64,000 bases of DNA from Mytilus californianus (Eukaryota). Both the position numbers and the translations under genes were made by a program. The notes under the pieces are model-generated. The model did not search any database, was not told where the DNA came from, and saw only the letters and a list, made by a program, of their open reading frames with translations. Below, in pieces: positions 47,301 to 59,209 of the stretch; the first letter of the stretch is position 1, and each line of letters starts with the position of its first letter. Where the stretch lies: NCBI RefSeq assembly GCF_021869535.1, contig NW_026262637.1:6758001-6822000 (forward strand), written 5' to 3'.

Positions 47301-50058
47301 ATTCTTATCGATTTTAAATTAATCTTATAATTATATTGGTAGGTCATGCTACAATGATAGGTGAAAAAACTGGAAAATGTGTGAGTCAAGGAACTAAATC
47401 AGCAGACTGCAGAAAATGTATGTATGTGGATGAAAAGGGAGATGGACATCACGATTGTAGGAAAAATCATACTGGAAGTGCAAAGTCGATGGAGTCAAAC
47501 TTAGCCGTTGAGATGGTGCAGGAGCTGCAGTGCAAAGGATGCAAAGTTTCCTGTATAATAATGGATGACGATACCACTACTCTGGCTAGACTAAAAGAAA
47601 ACATTAATTCTGACATTGTTAAAAGATCAGACAGAAATCACCAAAGAAAAAATATTGTTAGTGACTTATACCGCTTACATAAAAAACACAAAGGTAAATT
47701 GTCAACTAGTACTATAAGCTACTTGACAAAAGATTTAGACTATGCAATAGCCCAAAACAAGAACCGTGCAGAACAATTGAGCCAGAATATTTATTCAATC
47801 ATTCCCCATTCTTTTGGTGACCATTCTAAATGTGACTTATCGTGGTGTAACTACCATAAAGATCCAGAAAATTACAAACATAAAAGTCTTCCATATGGCA
47901 AAAATTTAAACGGAGAGGAAATGTTTGCCGATTTGTCAAAATTGTTTGATACTTACGCAAAGAATTCAGATAAATTAGCTAACTGTGGCAGCTCGCAAGG
48001 AAACGAATCCTTAAATCAAATAATCGCGTTAAAGGCACCAAAAGCAAAGCATTTTGGGAGTAGTGAATCCCTTCCTTTCCGAGTATGCGTGGGAGTAATT
48101 CAGAAAAACGAAGGTCGTTCTTATATACCACAAGTATATGAAGCTCATAAATTGTCACCTGGAAAATTTACAGTAATGCATACGGCAAAAATAGACAAAA
48201 AGCGCAAGCATGACAAAGTAAATGCAAGTACCCGGGAGGCGAAGAGAAAAAGACTTGTCAAAAAGGGAAAATTCAACTTGAATCTAAAGGCCAAAGAAAT
48301 ACGAGAAGGCGTAACATATGCTACCTCTATTTCTGCACCAGCAAAATCGAGTGAGAATGCTGAAGATATTTCACACATTCCTGATCCTGAACCAGAAGTG
48401 ACGGAAGATCCTATGTCTTTGAAAGACGAAACATTTGTTTACTTTGACCTTGAAACTACAGGGTTCGGTAAGAAATTAATTGTTTTTGTTGTTGGCTTTC
48501 TTTTATTATATTGTCAATAGAATCGTTATCCCTTTTCGGCTACAGGTTATTTTCTTATTTATTAAGAATTTAAACAGCCAGATCTTCTTTGATTTGAATC
48601 TAAGGTGACTAATCGGAAATTTATAAACAAGCGAGACCAGTCTGTTAACGTTACATGTAGGCATAATATTTTATATTTCGTATTGTCATTCAAAAAGGGA
48701 CAAAAGACAACTTGGAATAAAATGTGTTGCGTTTCTATACGACCTGAGTATATTACTAGAAATCTTTATAGTATCACAGTATATGAAATTTCTTAGTGTT
48801 TTTTTTTATATATCAATACTTAGGAGTTTGAATATAGTAATAATATCACATGTCTTTAACATTATGCATACATGTATGCACCTCTGCACGTTTAATAACA
48901 CTTGTCTCTTCAATAAATCAATTTATCTTATTTCTGATTTTATATATATAGTTACAGTATTTAGAAGAAATAAATTAAAAACAAAGAATAAATAGAGAAA
49001 TTAACTGAAATACAGAAATTCAGAGGAGACTACAAGATGAAAAAAAAAAACCCTTCACAACCGGAATCGCTATCATGTATAACGGGAAACAACAAATGTT
49101 TTTTTTTTCCTGCATGGGACTGTATGCGTTTCCGTTTGTATTGCTAAGTAATATAAACGATTGTAGTTTGTTACTGTGTGCATCGTAAGATGAATGAAAG
49201 GACGGCAATTTTGTAAGTATTAATATCAAAGACTTATTTTGAATTGTTTCGTTTTCAGGTACTGATTGTGATATTATTCAATTAGCTGCAGCATATGACA
49301 ACCAAAATTATAATCGGTATATGGTACCCGGTCAGCGTATCTCGCCATCTGCTTCTAAAGTAACCGGATTTTCAAAAAGTGGTTTAATTTTGTATAAAAA
49401 CGGGGAAATAATGCAGACGGACGAAGAAAGTGAAATTTTTAAACAGTTTATTTCTTGGCTTCCCAAAAAATGCATTTTGATTGGTCACAATTCAAAAATT
49501 TTTGATTCCAGAATTTTGACTAAGGCTTTACAAAATTATAATATCATGAAAGATTTTGAATTAAAATGCGGTGGATTTATTGACACCTTATCATTGACTA
49601 AAGAACTACTACCAGACAGAAAGACAAATAAGCAGTCATACAACCAGGAATCACTTGTAAAAGATATTGTTGGCATAAATTATGATGCACACAATGCCAT
49701 TGGCGATGTGCAATCCCTGCAACAGCTGATCAACACGCTAAAAGTCTCTCCAAGAATTCTAGAAAAACACAGCTTCTCTGTTCAGTACACAGTAAACATG
49801 ATCAGTAAGCTGCAGCTAACTAAATCTAGACTGGATACATTTAGCAACATGCCATCTACTTTTTGTTCAAAGACAATGCTGAACAAAATTGCCAGATCTG
49901 GTTTACGGTTAAACCATCTTATCCTTGCAGGAAATAGAGGAGGTGTTGATGGCATACGCGAATTGCTAACCGAACAGTTTGACGGGAAGCCCCGAGTTAC
50001 TAAAGACAAGAAGATACTAGACTCGATTTCAGAACACATTATGTCATTGAAAAACTAG
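44364..50058 (+). CDS. Spliced transposase-exonuclease fusion, 870 aa: join(44364..44775,45807..45984,46721..46818,47343..48467,49259..50058)
   Basis: All introns are GT-AG, phases 1,2,1,1 match, total 2613 nt, no internal stop. N-terminal CxxC..CxxC. Putative DDE: SFDGAWQKRG / IMDDDTT / SDRNH / QGNES. DEDDh: YFDLETTGFG / GHNSKIFD / FIDTL / HNAIGD. Confidence 0.9.
46008..46370 (+). mobile_element. Dispersed repeat copy (same family as 3335-3720) inside intron 2 of the transposase gene
   Basis: Collinear similarity to 3335-3700. Confidence 0.85.
46496..46612. repeat. 3 x 39-bp tandem repeat in intron 2
   Basis: CAGGC(A/T)TCTCC(T)..CAATCAATAATATATATAATGGATC starts at 46496, 46535 and 46574. 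Confidence 0.9.
46907..47255 (+). mobile_element. Short HINE-like element in intron 3 of the transposase gene
   Basis: TTTTTTATGCC start, CCGTCCTTCCGTCCGTCC microsatellite, 3' GGGTGGGGGCATTTGTGTACCC terminus. Confidence 0.6.
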
Positions 50059-51167
50059 AAAAAACATTGTCTGAACGCATATACTTTTGTTATTGTATTA
50101 CACGTTTAGTTTCTAGACGAAACACATTACAATTTTAAAATATTTGCATCAATTCACAATTTTCACTAAGATTAATTGAACAAAACCACGGATAAGAGAA
50201 AAGAGAAATGATAATTTGCATCAAACTTCCAAAATATCTTTTGTGTTGGGTTTTTACCTATCAATTACGTGTATCCCCTTTGCTTTTATAATATTAAACA
50301 CACCATTTAATTTTAGGATGAAAAATTAAATCAGTACTATTGGGCTCGATGTATGTGTTTATTTTTTTGTGTTGTGTTCATGTGCCATTGAAAACATAAT
50401 TATCAATACATATATGTGACCTACATCTACGTCGTACGACGGTCCATCGGCACATTGATGACTATTCAATTATTCTGCAACGATCAGGTAAAAGAAATGT
50501 TTGTTTTGTTTACTACTGTTTGTCTTTTGTTTTTTTTTTACAGTTTTTCCGTGGCATTGTCAGTTTGTTTTCGACTTTGGTACATTTCGTTTCCCTTATT
50601 GTGCAGCAGCAAATATTTCATGTATTTTCGGGTCGAAAATATAATCAATGAATGTATATCGTCATTATAATCAAAGAGACACCTTGATGTAGCGGTCGTT
50701 GTCTTTATTTGACAAGATTTCTATGTTGGTGACGATTCTGCTGATTGAGACTTGACGTTGCGTAATCCTTTTCGGCGACGTCATGTAATTTCTATCTTTT
50801 TTCAGTCAGCAACACCCTTTCAACGGCTGATATATAAAAAGAGAGTCCGGTAACCATAGGAAAATTATATATCAATGGAAAGGAAAATTCTATCATAAAA
50901 ACATTTAATTTTTATAGAAAAATTGTAGGAATGGTTTTAACTGCAGATTAAATTAAGCTTGAAATTTCTTATTTTTTGCGTAAATTTGACGTTATGTCTA
51001 TGTACTTCATGGTGTTATTCTAACATTTTCAAATGACTGTAACTTTTAAATTAGAACGGTTACCCACTCAAATTTTTCAATTTTTCTGTTTATTTTTAGA
51101 AGTTCTACGTGCATACAATTTCTTAAAAAAATCGGTGGACAAGCCATTTACGTACCTGTTACCTTAA

Positions 51168-52690
51168 CTTGTACAAAACATAAAAACACTACCTAGTCTT
51201 GGAACATCAGACCATGACATTGTCTTTCATGAAATGAACATAAAATGGGTAGAAAAATAAATCAATTCAAAAAAGCAGACTGGGACAAAATAGGTACAGA
51301 AGTGAAGAACTTCCAAGATGAATACTTTTCTCTGGGAATAACAAACACCACTACAGAAGAAAAGGGGCTGCTGATAAAAAAAAATACAACATATAGCAGA
51401 CAAAAATATTCCATCTAAAATATTGAAACAAAAACTAAATATTCCTTGGCTAACACTAGAAATAAAGAGACTACTAAGAAAAAGAGACAGAATATATCAG
51501 AAATTAAAATCAACAAAAGCAGAGCATAAATCAGATATTATCAAAAATTACAGATCTTTAAAACACCTAGTGCACTAAAAGCTAAGAAAATCATACAAGA
51601 AATATATAGAAAATATTATAATTGAAGACAGTAAACTGGAAGATAAACCCAGCAAGAAATTTTGATAATTCATAAAAAACAGAAAAGTGAAAACATAGAT
51701 GTATCACCACTAAAGGTAAATGGTATAACAAAAACAAACCCTCAAGATCAGGCTGAAGCATTGACTCTCAGTTTCACTCAGCACTTACCATACCTAAACC
51801 TTTAAAATTATCACACATTTGTGAACTGAAATAATTAGAATCAACAACAACACACACATTTGAAATGAAGCAAATCAATAATATCACTTCAGAAGGAACA
51901 TCCAAATTACTAAAAAACTTAAACCCATCTAAAGCAATTGGTCCAGACAACATATCACCTCATTTTTTAAAAGAAGTACACCATGAAATCTCTGCACCTG
52001 TAATATCTGACTTGTTTAATTCATCAGTAAATACAGGCACAGTACCAAACAACTGGAGAGAGGCCATGGTTGGTTACAGTATTCAAAAAAGGAGCAAAAT
52101 CTGAACCCGAAATTATAGGCCTATCTCCCCAACCTGTATTCTTAGTAAATCGTTAGAACACATTATTGAATCATCTATAATGAAACATCTAGATAATTAT
52201 AATTTACCATGTTTACCATACCCACTGCAGCATAGGTTCAGATCAAAAGTTAGCTGTGAAACACAACTACTAACATTCACACAACAAATACTCGATTATA
52301 TGGCAAACGGTAAACAAACTGACATAGTTGTTATGGACTTCTCAAAAGCATTCGATAGAGTAGACCACCAAAGACTTATCTTAAAGCTAAAATGCATGGG
52401 TATAAACAATAAAACATCAGACTGGATTAAGGCATGGTTATCTTACAGATTTCAAAAAGTGGTAGTTGACAGTCACACATCAAGTAGCGTTCCTCAAAGC
52501 TCTGTTCTTGGTCCATGTCTTTTCTTTATTTACATTAATGACATGCCAGACAACCTCAAAAGTAATGTTCGCCTCTTTGCAGATGATACATTGTGTATTT
52601 ATCAGTATCATCACTTACTGACTGCCACACCCTTCAACAGACTTACATAAATTGGAACAATGGGAGCAAGCATGGTTAAGATTTTAAATG
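51168..52690 (+). pseudogene. Decayed LINE (CR1/Jockey group), rest of APE, linker and RT; 3'-truncated
   Basis: SDHDIV, KAIGPDNISPHFLK, NYRPIS, SCETQL, DFSKAFDRVDH, VPQSSVLGP and LFADD across frameshifted ORFs 51865-52104 and 52180-52650. Confidence 0.9.
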
Positions 52691-53774
52691 TTCATATTCT
52701 TTCCTTTGGCAACACCGCACAAACTAGTATAAAATGTATGTAGATGTGTTCGCCACTGAATAAAAGTTCCCAGAACGTCCGAAGTGTATGAATATATGCA
52801 CAAAAAGAACTGAAAAAATGAGTAATATCTTTTGAACTGTTATACTCAAGTAAATTTGCCATTAGCTTAGTTAATTTGCTTGCTAGTTTTGTCTTTGTTA
52901 AATGTTGTTTAGTAAGAGTACTAAAAATACAATTTAGATTGTAATATGAATGGTAATATTTCCTTTGATCTTAGAGTGAGTTCACTTCGGTTATTTTAGA
53001 GGAGTGCATTAACTGAATGATTTTTTAGTTATTTCACTCTCCAATCCCGCTTATGTTATAATATGTTTTAAAGTGTCTCATAAATCTATTCTAAGGCTGG
53101 ATATTTTATCTCTGTTTTTATTATGAATGTTGTATATATATATATATATTGTTTGATCAAATATGTGACACTATAATAAAATGATTATTTATTTCTTATT
53201 CATTTATTTTTATTTTACATATAACTTGTCGTCTGTAATCAATAAACAATAGAAAACAAAGGTGGAGTTTGTAACTTGAAACTTTTCCTTTTTCATGCCA
53301 ATCTCAATTGACCAAATAACCAAACTTCTCAATTATGTCAATTAACAAAATTTTAAGTATATATGTTTGTTCTAACAGTGTATTTTTACCATACTTATCA
53401 TTTATCTGTAATAAATACTTATTACAGAACTCAATACACAACTCTTACCACCAGAAGTATGTTACATGTTTAATAAGCTTAAACATCGATTAAATGAAAA
53501 AGAGTAAAAATGTGATTGTGTTTCAAATACGACGACGAGGGTTTTTTTTAACGACCTTGACTACCCAAGAGGGTCTTGTTCAAATACGACAAAGTCGTGG
53601 CCTTTTATAGCCGACTATTCGGTATGGGGTTTTCTCATTGTTTAAGGCCATTTTGTTGCCTATAATTGCTACATCCACTCCATTTGATCTTTGGTGGATA
53701 GTTGTCTCATTGGCAATCATACCACATCTCTTTATTCTTATATCAACAGAAAAAATGTATAACACTGTCACACT

Positions 53775-54306
53775 ATCCGTATTTTCATGCCAGTACCGAA
53801 TTACTGGACACTGGGCTGGTGATACCAACGGGGACTATCAGTCCACCAACAGAGGTAATGACATTGTGATAGTAATAACATTAACGGTACCAATTTTTCT
53901 GCACCAAATGCGCATTTCGACAAACATGTCTCTTCAGTGATGCTCGAGGCCAAAATATTTGAAAATCTAAAACTTATTAAAATATGAAGAGCTTATAAAA
54001 GGAAAAAAAGAATAGCCAAAGTCTGGCAAGAAATCAGAGCTTTGTATGGGGGAGATATATTCATTTATGGAAAATAGTTTAATAAATTTTGTACAAATTT
54101 TTATAACACAATATCTGTATTTTCATGGCAGTATCGAAGTATTTGCTATCGGGCTGGTGATACTTCGGGGACTAACAGTCCACCAGCAGAGGTATCAACC
54201 TAGTGGTATTAATAACATTAACGGTACCAATTTTTTCCACCAGATGTAAATTTCGACACATTTTTATAACAATATTTCTGTCTTTTCCATGCCAGTACCG
54301 AAGTAC
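53775..54306. repeat. Roughly 338-bp unit in a partial tandem (1.5-2 copies)
   Basis: TTTTCATG(C/G)CAGTA(C/T)CGAA recurs at about 53781, 54119 and 54283. A related reverse fragment lies at 31140-31310. Confidence 0.7.
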
Positions 54307-54346
54307 TATGATAGAGACGATTTAGACTGTAAGGAAGTTGAACTTT

Positions 54347-55324
54347 GTTTAAGCTCACCTGACCCTTTTGGATATGCGAGTTATTATCGTCACTTGCCGT
54401 CCATTGTCGTTGTCTGTCACCGTATTTTTTTTCAAAGAACTTCTCCTCTGAAACTATTGAACAAATTTCAACCAAACTTGGGGTGAATGACCCTTATGGT
54501 ATCTAGTATCTATAACGTTTGTGTATTTTATTCAGTCAACAAACATGTCTGCCGTGATTAAAAATAAAAATATGGGGGTAAAATGCAGTATTAGCTTATA
54601 TATAAAAAACTAAAGCAGTCAGAGCAAAAATTATTTAAGTTAATCAATTAGTTAAGATTTATTATTGAAGATGTTGGACAACCCAATTTGAAGTTATTGC
54701 CCCTGAAATAATAGTTTTTATGAAATTTCTCAGTTTTTGGTTGTTATTTTGAAAACTATTATTGATAAAGAGAAATTTTAAAACAGCAAAAAATGTTCAG
54801 CCAAGTAAGTTCTAACAATAAAGCAAAGAACGGAATTCGTCAATTAATCCTTTATATGAGTTATTACCCTTGAAAGACTTTTTCTTAAATTTTAAAGTTT
54901 TTTCTCTCGCTCAGAAACTATGATATATAAACTGAAACTTCAAATAGCAAAATGTTCAGCAAAGTAAAACCTACAAATAAGTCAACTTGACCTAAAATGT
55001 CAATCATACCTTATATGAGTTATTGGCCTTGAAAGATGATTTTTGAAATATTTTTTTTTGTTTTCGGAGAAACTGATAGATAGAGAATAACTTCAAACAG
55101 CGCAAATGTTCAGTAAAGTAAGACCTGCGAATAAGTCAACATGACCGAAAATGTTAAATGATTCCTTATAGATGATTTTTACCAATGTTTTATAATTTTA
55201 TGATGATCTGTTAAAGGCCTTTTTAAACGTGCATTAATATACATTACATAGCAAAATAATCATTGATACAAGATATACCAATAAATTACAGGTGAGCGAT
55301 TCAGGCTCATAGGAGCCTCTTGTT
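54347..55324 (+). mobile_element. HINE-like Helentron-associated element with degenerate internal repeats
   Basis: 5' AGCTCACCTG; 3' CAGGTGAGCGATTC-AGGCTC-ATAG-GAGCCT-CTTGTT, the same terminal architecture as 23552-25607. Confidence 0.8.
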
Positions 55325-55405
55325 ATATATTGGGTCAGATCAGACCTAGATTATTGAGCTTTGCCAAGGTCATGGTTTTGAATCGTTATATATATGCTAC
55401 ATATA

Positions 55406-55531
55406 TGGACGCCTCCGGGTGCGGGAGTTTCTCGCTGCATTGAAGACCCATTGGTGGCCTTCGGCTGTTGTCTGCTCTATGGTCGGGTTGTTGTCTCTTT
55501 GACACATTCCCCATTTCCATTCTCAATTTTA
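55406..55531 (+). mobile_element. 3' fragment of the dispersed repeat also found at 28065-29131
   Basis: GGTCGGGTTGTTGTCTCTTTGACACATTCCCCATTTCCATTCTCAATTTTA is identical to 29081-29131. Confidence 0.85.
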
Positions 55532-56256
55532 CAGTAAAAATTGGAATTCATGGAGATCCAGAATCCTAGTACAAATTATACAAATTGCAATTATAATTTC
55601 TAGTTGTAGAAATTAGAATTATGTGTCATACTAATTAAAATCCAGTACAAATCAAAATTTCAAATATCTACTAGTAGAAATTGGGATATTCAGAAATGTA
55701 CTAACTGTAGTATGTTTTAGTAGATCGTACGGATTTATAAAGGTATCTTTATTTACAAAACATATATGTATACGGTACAGGTGTTAAGCGGGTTACTGTT
55801 GGGGGATACAAATTTGATTTCAAGCAAATGAGGTTACTTCCAGAACGCCCAGTCGAATTTATTATTGTAACGCAACAAAATCTCTGGCGGATAACATTAC
55901 ACCAATCCCCTGTCTCTCCACCCTGAAAACAGGAATGACAAATAAAGTTACTTAGCATAAATTGCAAATGACAAATTCTTACCGGTTTGAAGAAACCCAA
56001 AGCAAAGCAAAACTCATTGCTATATTTCATCTCAAATTCACTGTGCACCGTCAATTATTTGTAGTAGACAATATCATTAAAATACAAAGCATTTACAAAC
56101 ATTTGAACAACGACAGAGGAAAATTTCAGGAATATAATGTATTAATGTGGTGCGTTATTCGGATGAACCGCGTATATATTTTGTCGTGTTCCATGTAATA
56201 AAGTGTCATTAATATTTCCTTTGCTTGTAAACCAACATTTCGGGATGAACCTAGGG

Positions 56257-59028
56257 CACGGGTGTTATTCGGTTTATCGAGAGAAATGATCGTGAAAGAA
56301 TACCTAACGGTGGTCAAGTATTGCGATTGGATCGTGAAAGCTCTTGTATAGGATCGTGAATTCAATCTTATCGAGAAGAAATATACAAGGTCAATTATTA
56401 ATCTAATTCAATTAATTACACGGACAAATTTACAACAAAATAAAACGGTCTGTCAAAATGGTTCAACATTATGACCAGTATGTGAGAAAATCCAGGTTTA
56501 AAAGTACATCGTGTTTACAAAACTACAAAAGGCAGATTGCTCCTCGACATTTCAATGAGTTTAAAAATGTAAACAAACATGATTTTTTTCATAAATCGAA
56601 TGACTAAACTACTTTTCTACAAAAAAGGTCATTTCATTTGAATGAATCAAATGGTTCTCAAAGTGAGTTTGTGAAAGCATAATAAAAAAAATTGTAACAA
56701 AAGAAATGTTTACACAAAATTGATATTTCGGATCGTGAAAGATCACGTACCGCATTTTGAAGATCGTGAAAAGGATCGTGAAAGATCTGATGCTACGAAG
56801 ACGTTCAAATCATTCTTCAATTATATGATAATTTATATTTGTTATTGGTATAGAAAAAACTAGATTTGCATGACTAACCCGGGTCTCTTTTGTTGGTGAA
56901 TATGGCTATAATCGTGCAATGCCATTTGATCCAATTATCTTATAATACCACACAGACTAGGTGAATTATAGCAATATCAGTCTATTTGTCCGACCTTCAT
57001 AAGTTTTATTTTCTTATACAAATTTAATAATTTTCATTTCTCATTTTTATGCCCATTGTATTTATAAAGCGAAGATCCTCAATAAATTTAAGCATTTCAA
57101 AGTATTAATATATTCAGACCTCGACTGTGCCTTATTTCATAGATCAAGGTTTTAGTTTTGTGGTCAAGTCTGTATCGCGGATTCGTTTACCTATAGGTTA
57201 ACTGTATTTGATGTAAGTTATGATTGTAAGGTGTACATTTTCGACTAGAAAGGTTTCAACTAACCTTGACCTCATTATCATGCATCACTGGGCAATGTTT
57301 ATTTTGTGGACTTTGGTCTTTTGCTTATATACCTGTATGCTATAGGGCCACTGTATTTTTTGTATGGTGTATATGTCTGTCTGCATGTTTTATATATGAC
57401 GTTGGCCTCATTTTCATGGTTCATTGGTCTTTGATAAGTTTTCATGGTTTTGTCAGTTTATCAGATACTAAAAGCAATAGTTTAATTGTATTTGATATAT
57501 TGAATGATAGTAAGATGTCTATGTCTGACTGTCGGTCAGGGTTCATATACTTTCGACCTTATGTTCCGAATTCATTGGCCAAACATTAAATTTAGATTTG
57601 TCAGTTTTTAAGGTAGGTGTAAGCATCAGAACCACTATATTTGGTGTACGGGATGTTTGTACCGGTCTGTATGGCATGGTTCATCTTACTTTGGCCTCTT
57701 TTTTATGGATCATTGATAATCTTAAGCGTATGTGACACTTCTAGTAAAACCCTTACTATTACAGACGTTCAACGTAATACTATCATAATTAAAGCAGACA
57801 AGACATTTCAGCATTTGTGCTCTGGTATTCTTTACTCTGTAATAAATTGTTATCTCATTGGCAATCATTTCACATCTGCTACGTTGTATATAAAAATACA
57901 TATATAGAACTTAAGAAAGTACTGTAACACAAAAGGTTGTATGGGTATCGTTCAATCTCATATTGTTAGTGAAATATGCTGTTTTCGCTATTAGATATGG
58001 TTGATGGTTAACTTTTTGCGATTAAACGTTGCATACCCATAGTATTGTCTAAATAGTGGCGATAAGCAGACAGGTCTGTCTGAATTGTACTAGACCGATT
58101 CTTAGAGCTGAATTTTTCACACCCGAACTGACAAAGGTATGATATCGCTAGACATATCAGTTCAGATTCAGTAAAAGTTGTCACGATTGAGAATAGAACT
58201 TAATCGGTTAAATTACAGTTCAAGTTGGGCATCCCAGTTGAAGTACGTTGAATGAAAATTTACCCACTAAGTTTGGTACAATGACGTTTAGCTATTGTGA
58301 AATGACTTAACAAACAATTAATTAGAAATAACGTTATCTTTGTACCTTGTTAGTTTGTGTCGGTGCAGGCCACAAAAAAAATAATAATAAAAAAATGAAA
58401 GCTTTAATGTTGGTTTTTATCAAAAAAGTTACACGCTTCCATCAGCTGCAAGTATATCAATTGGTAAAAGAAATATTGTTTTCTGATTATTAAGTCTGGT
58501 CACGCCTTATCTTTCACGATCAAAATAATGCGTTGCCTAATCTTTCACGATCAAGTTTGATGAAAAATCAACAAAATTCAAGGTTTTCATAAACAAGTCA
58601 ACGGTTTCAAGGGAAGAGCATACTTTTATTTTACTATTCTATCAGACAAACCAAAGATTAAGTTTCAAATATATCATGGTATATTGGAATGTGACCATTA
58701 TAGGTACAAAAAGCGTGTTTTTTTTAATTAATCCAATAGACATGTATTGCGCCTTTTGTATTTCCTCATAAAGTACTGCATATTTTCTTTATCTTATTAC
58801 ACTGTATTGTTGAGAAAGTTGAATCAATTTGACAGACATATTTGTTTTTTCGGATTTGTTCCGCGTTTTGAAAATTCAGCGATTTTTTTCACAGATTTTC
58901 AAGTAGAAATTACATTTAATTACATTCACGATCCGATATCAGATCTTTTACGATCCAATCGCAATGCTTGACCACCGTTAGGTATTCTTTCACGATCACT
59001 TCTCTCGATAAACCGAATGACACCCGTG
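56257..59028. mobile_element. Non-autonomous Transib-like DNA transposon (CAC..GTG termini, 5-bp TSD TAGGG, about 105-bp TIRs)
   Basis: CACGGGTGTTATTCGGTTTATCGAGAGAAATGATCGTGAAAGAATACCTAACGGTGGTCAAG.. matches the reverse complement of 58925-59028. TAGGG at 56252-56 and 59029-33. No transposase ORF. Confidence 0.8.
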
Positions 59029-59209
59029 TAGGGACAATGAAGTAAAAGTAAATGAAATCACGTAAAACTTGTCCAAATTAATGCAAATCCTCAAGACGTT
59101 CAAGGTTAGATAGACTATAATATTCTAAAAATTTAAGAGCATTTATAAAGTTCCCATGCTGATCTGCAAATTCTTAGCATGTGGCGTTTTCTGAAATTTT
59201 TGAAAAATA

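Larger units (their letters stand above)
44264..51163 (+). mobile_element. Complete 6.9-kb Kolobok-like DNA transposon (TTAA TSD, GG..CC termini, 19-bp TIR)
   Basis: TTAA at 44260-63 and 51164-67. TIR GGTGAGAGGTACGTAAATG (44264-82) / CATTTACGTACCTGTTACC (51145-63), 17/19 match. The empty site restores the LINE reading frame. The Kolobok label is inferred from the TSD and termini. Confidence 0.9.
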
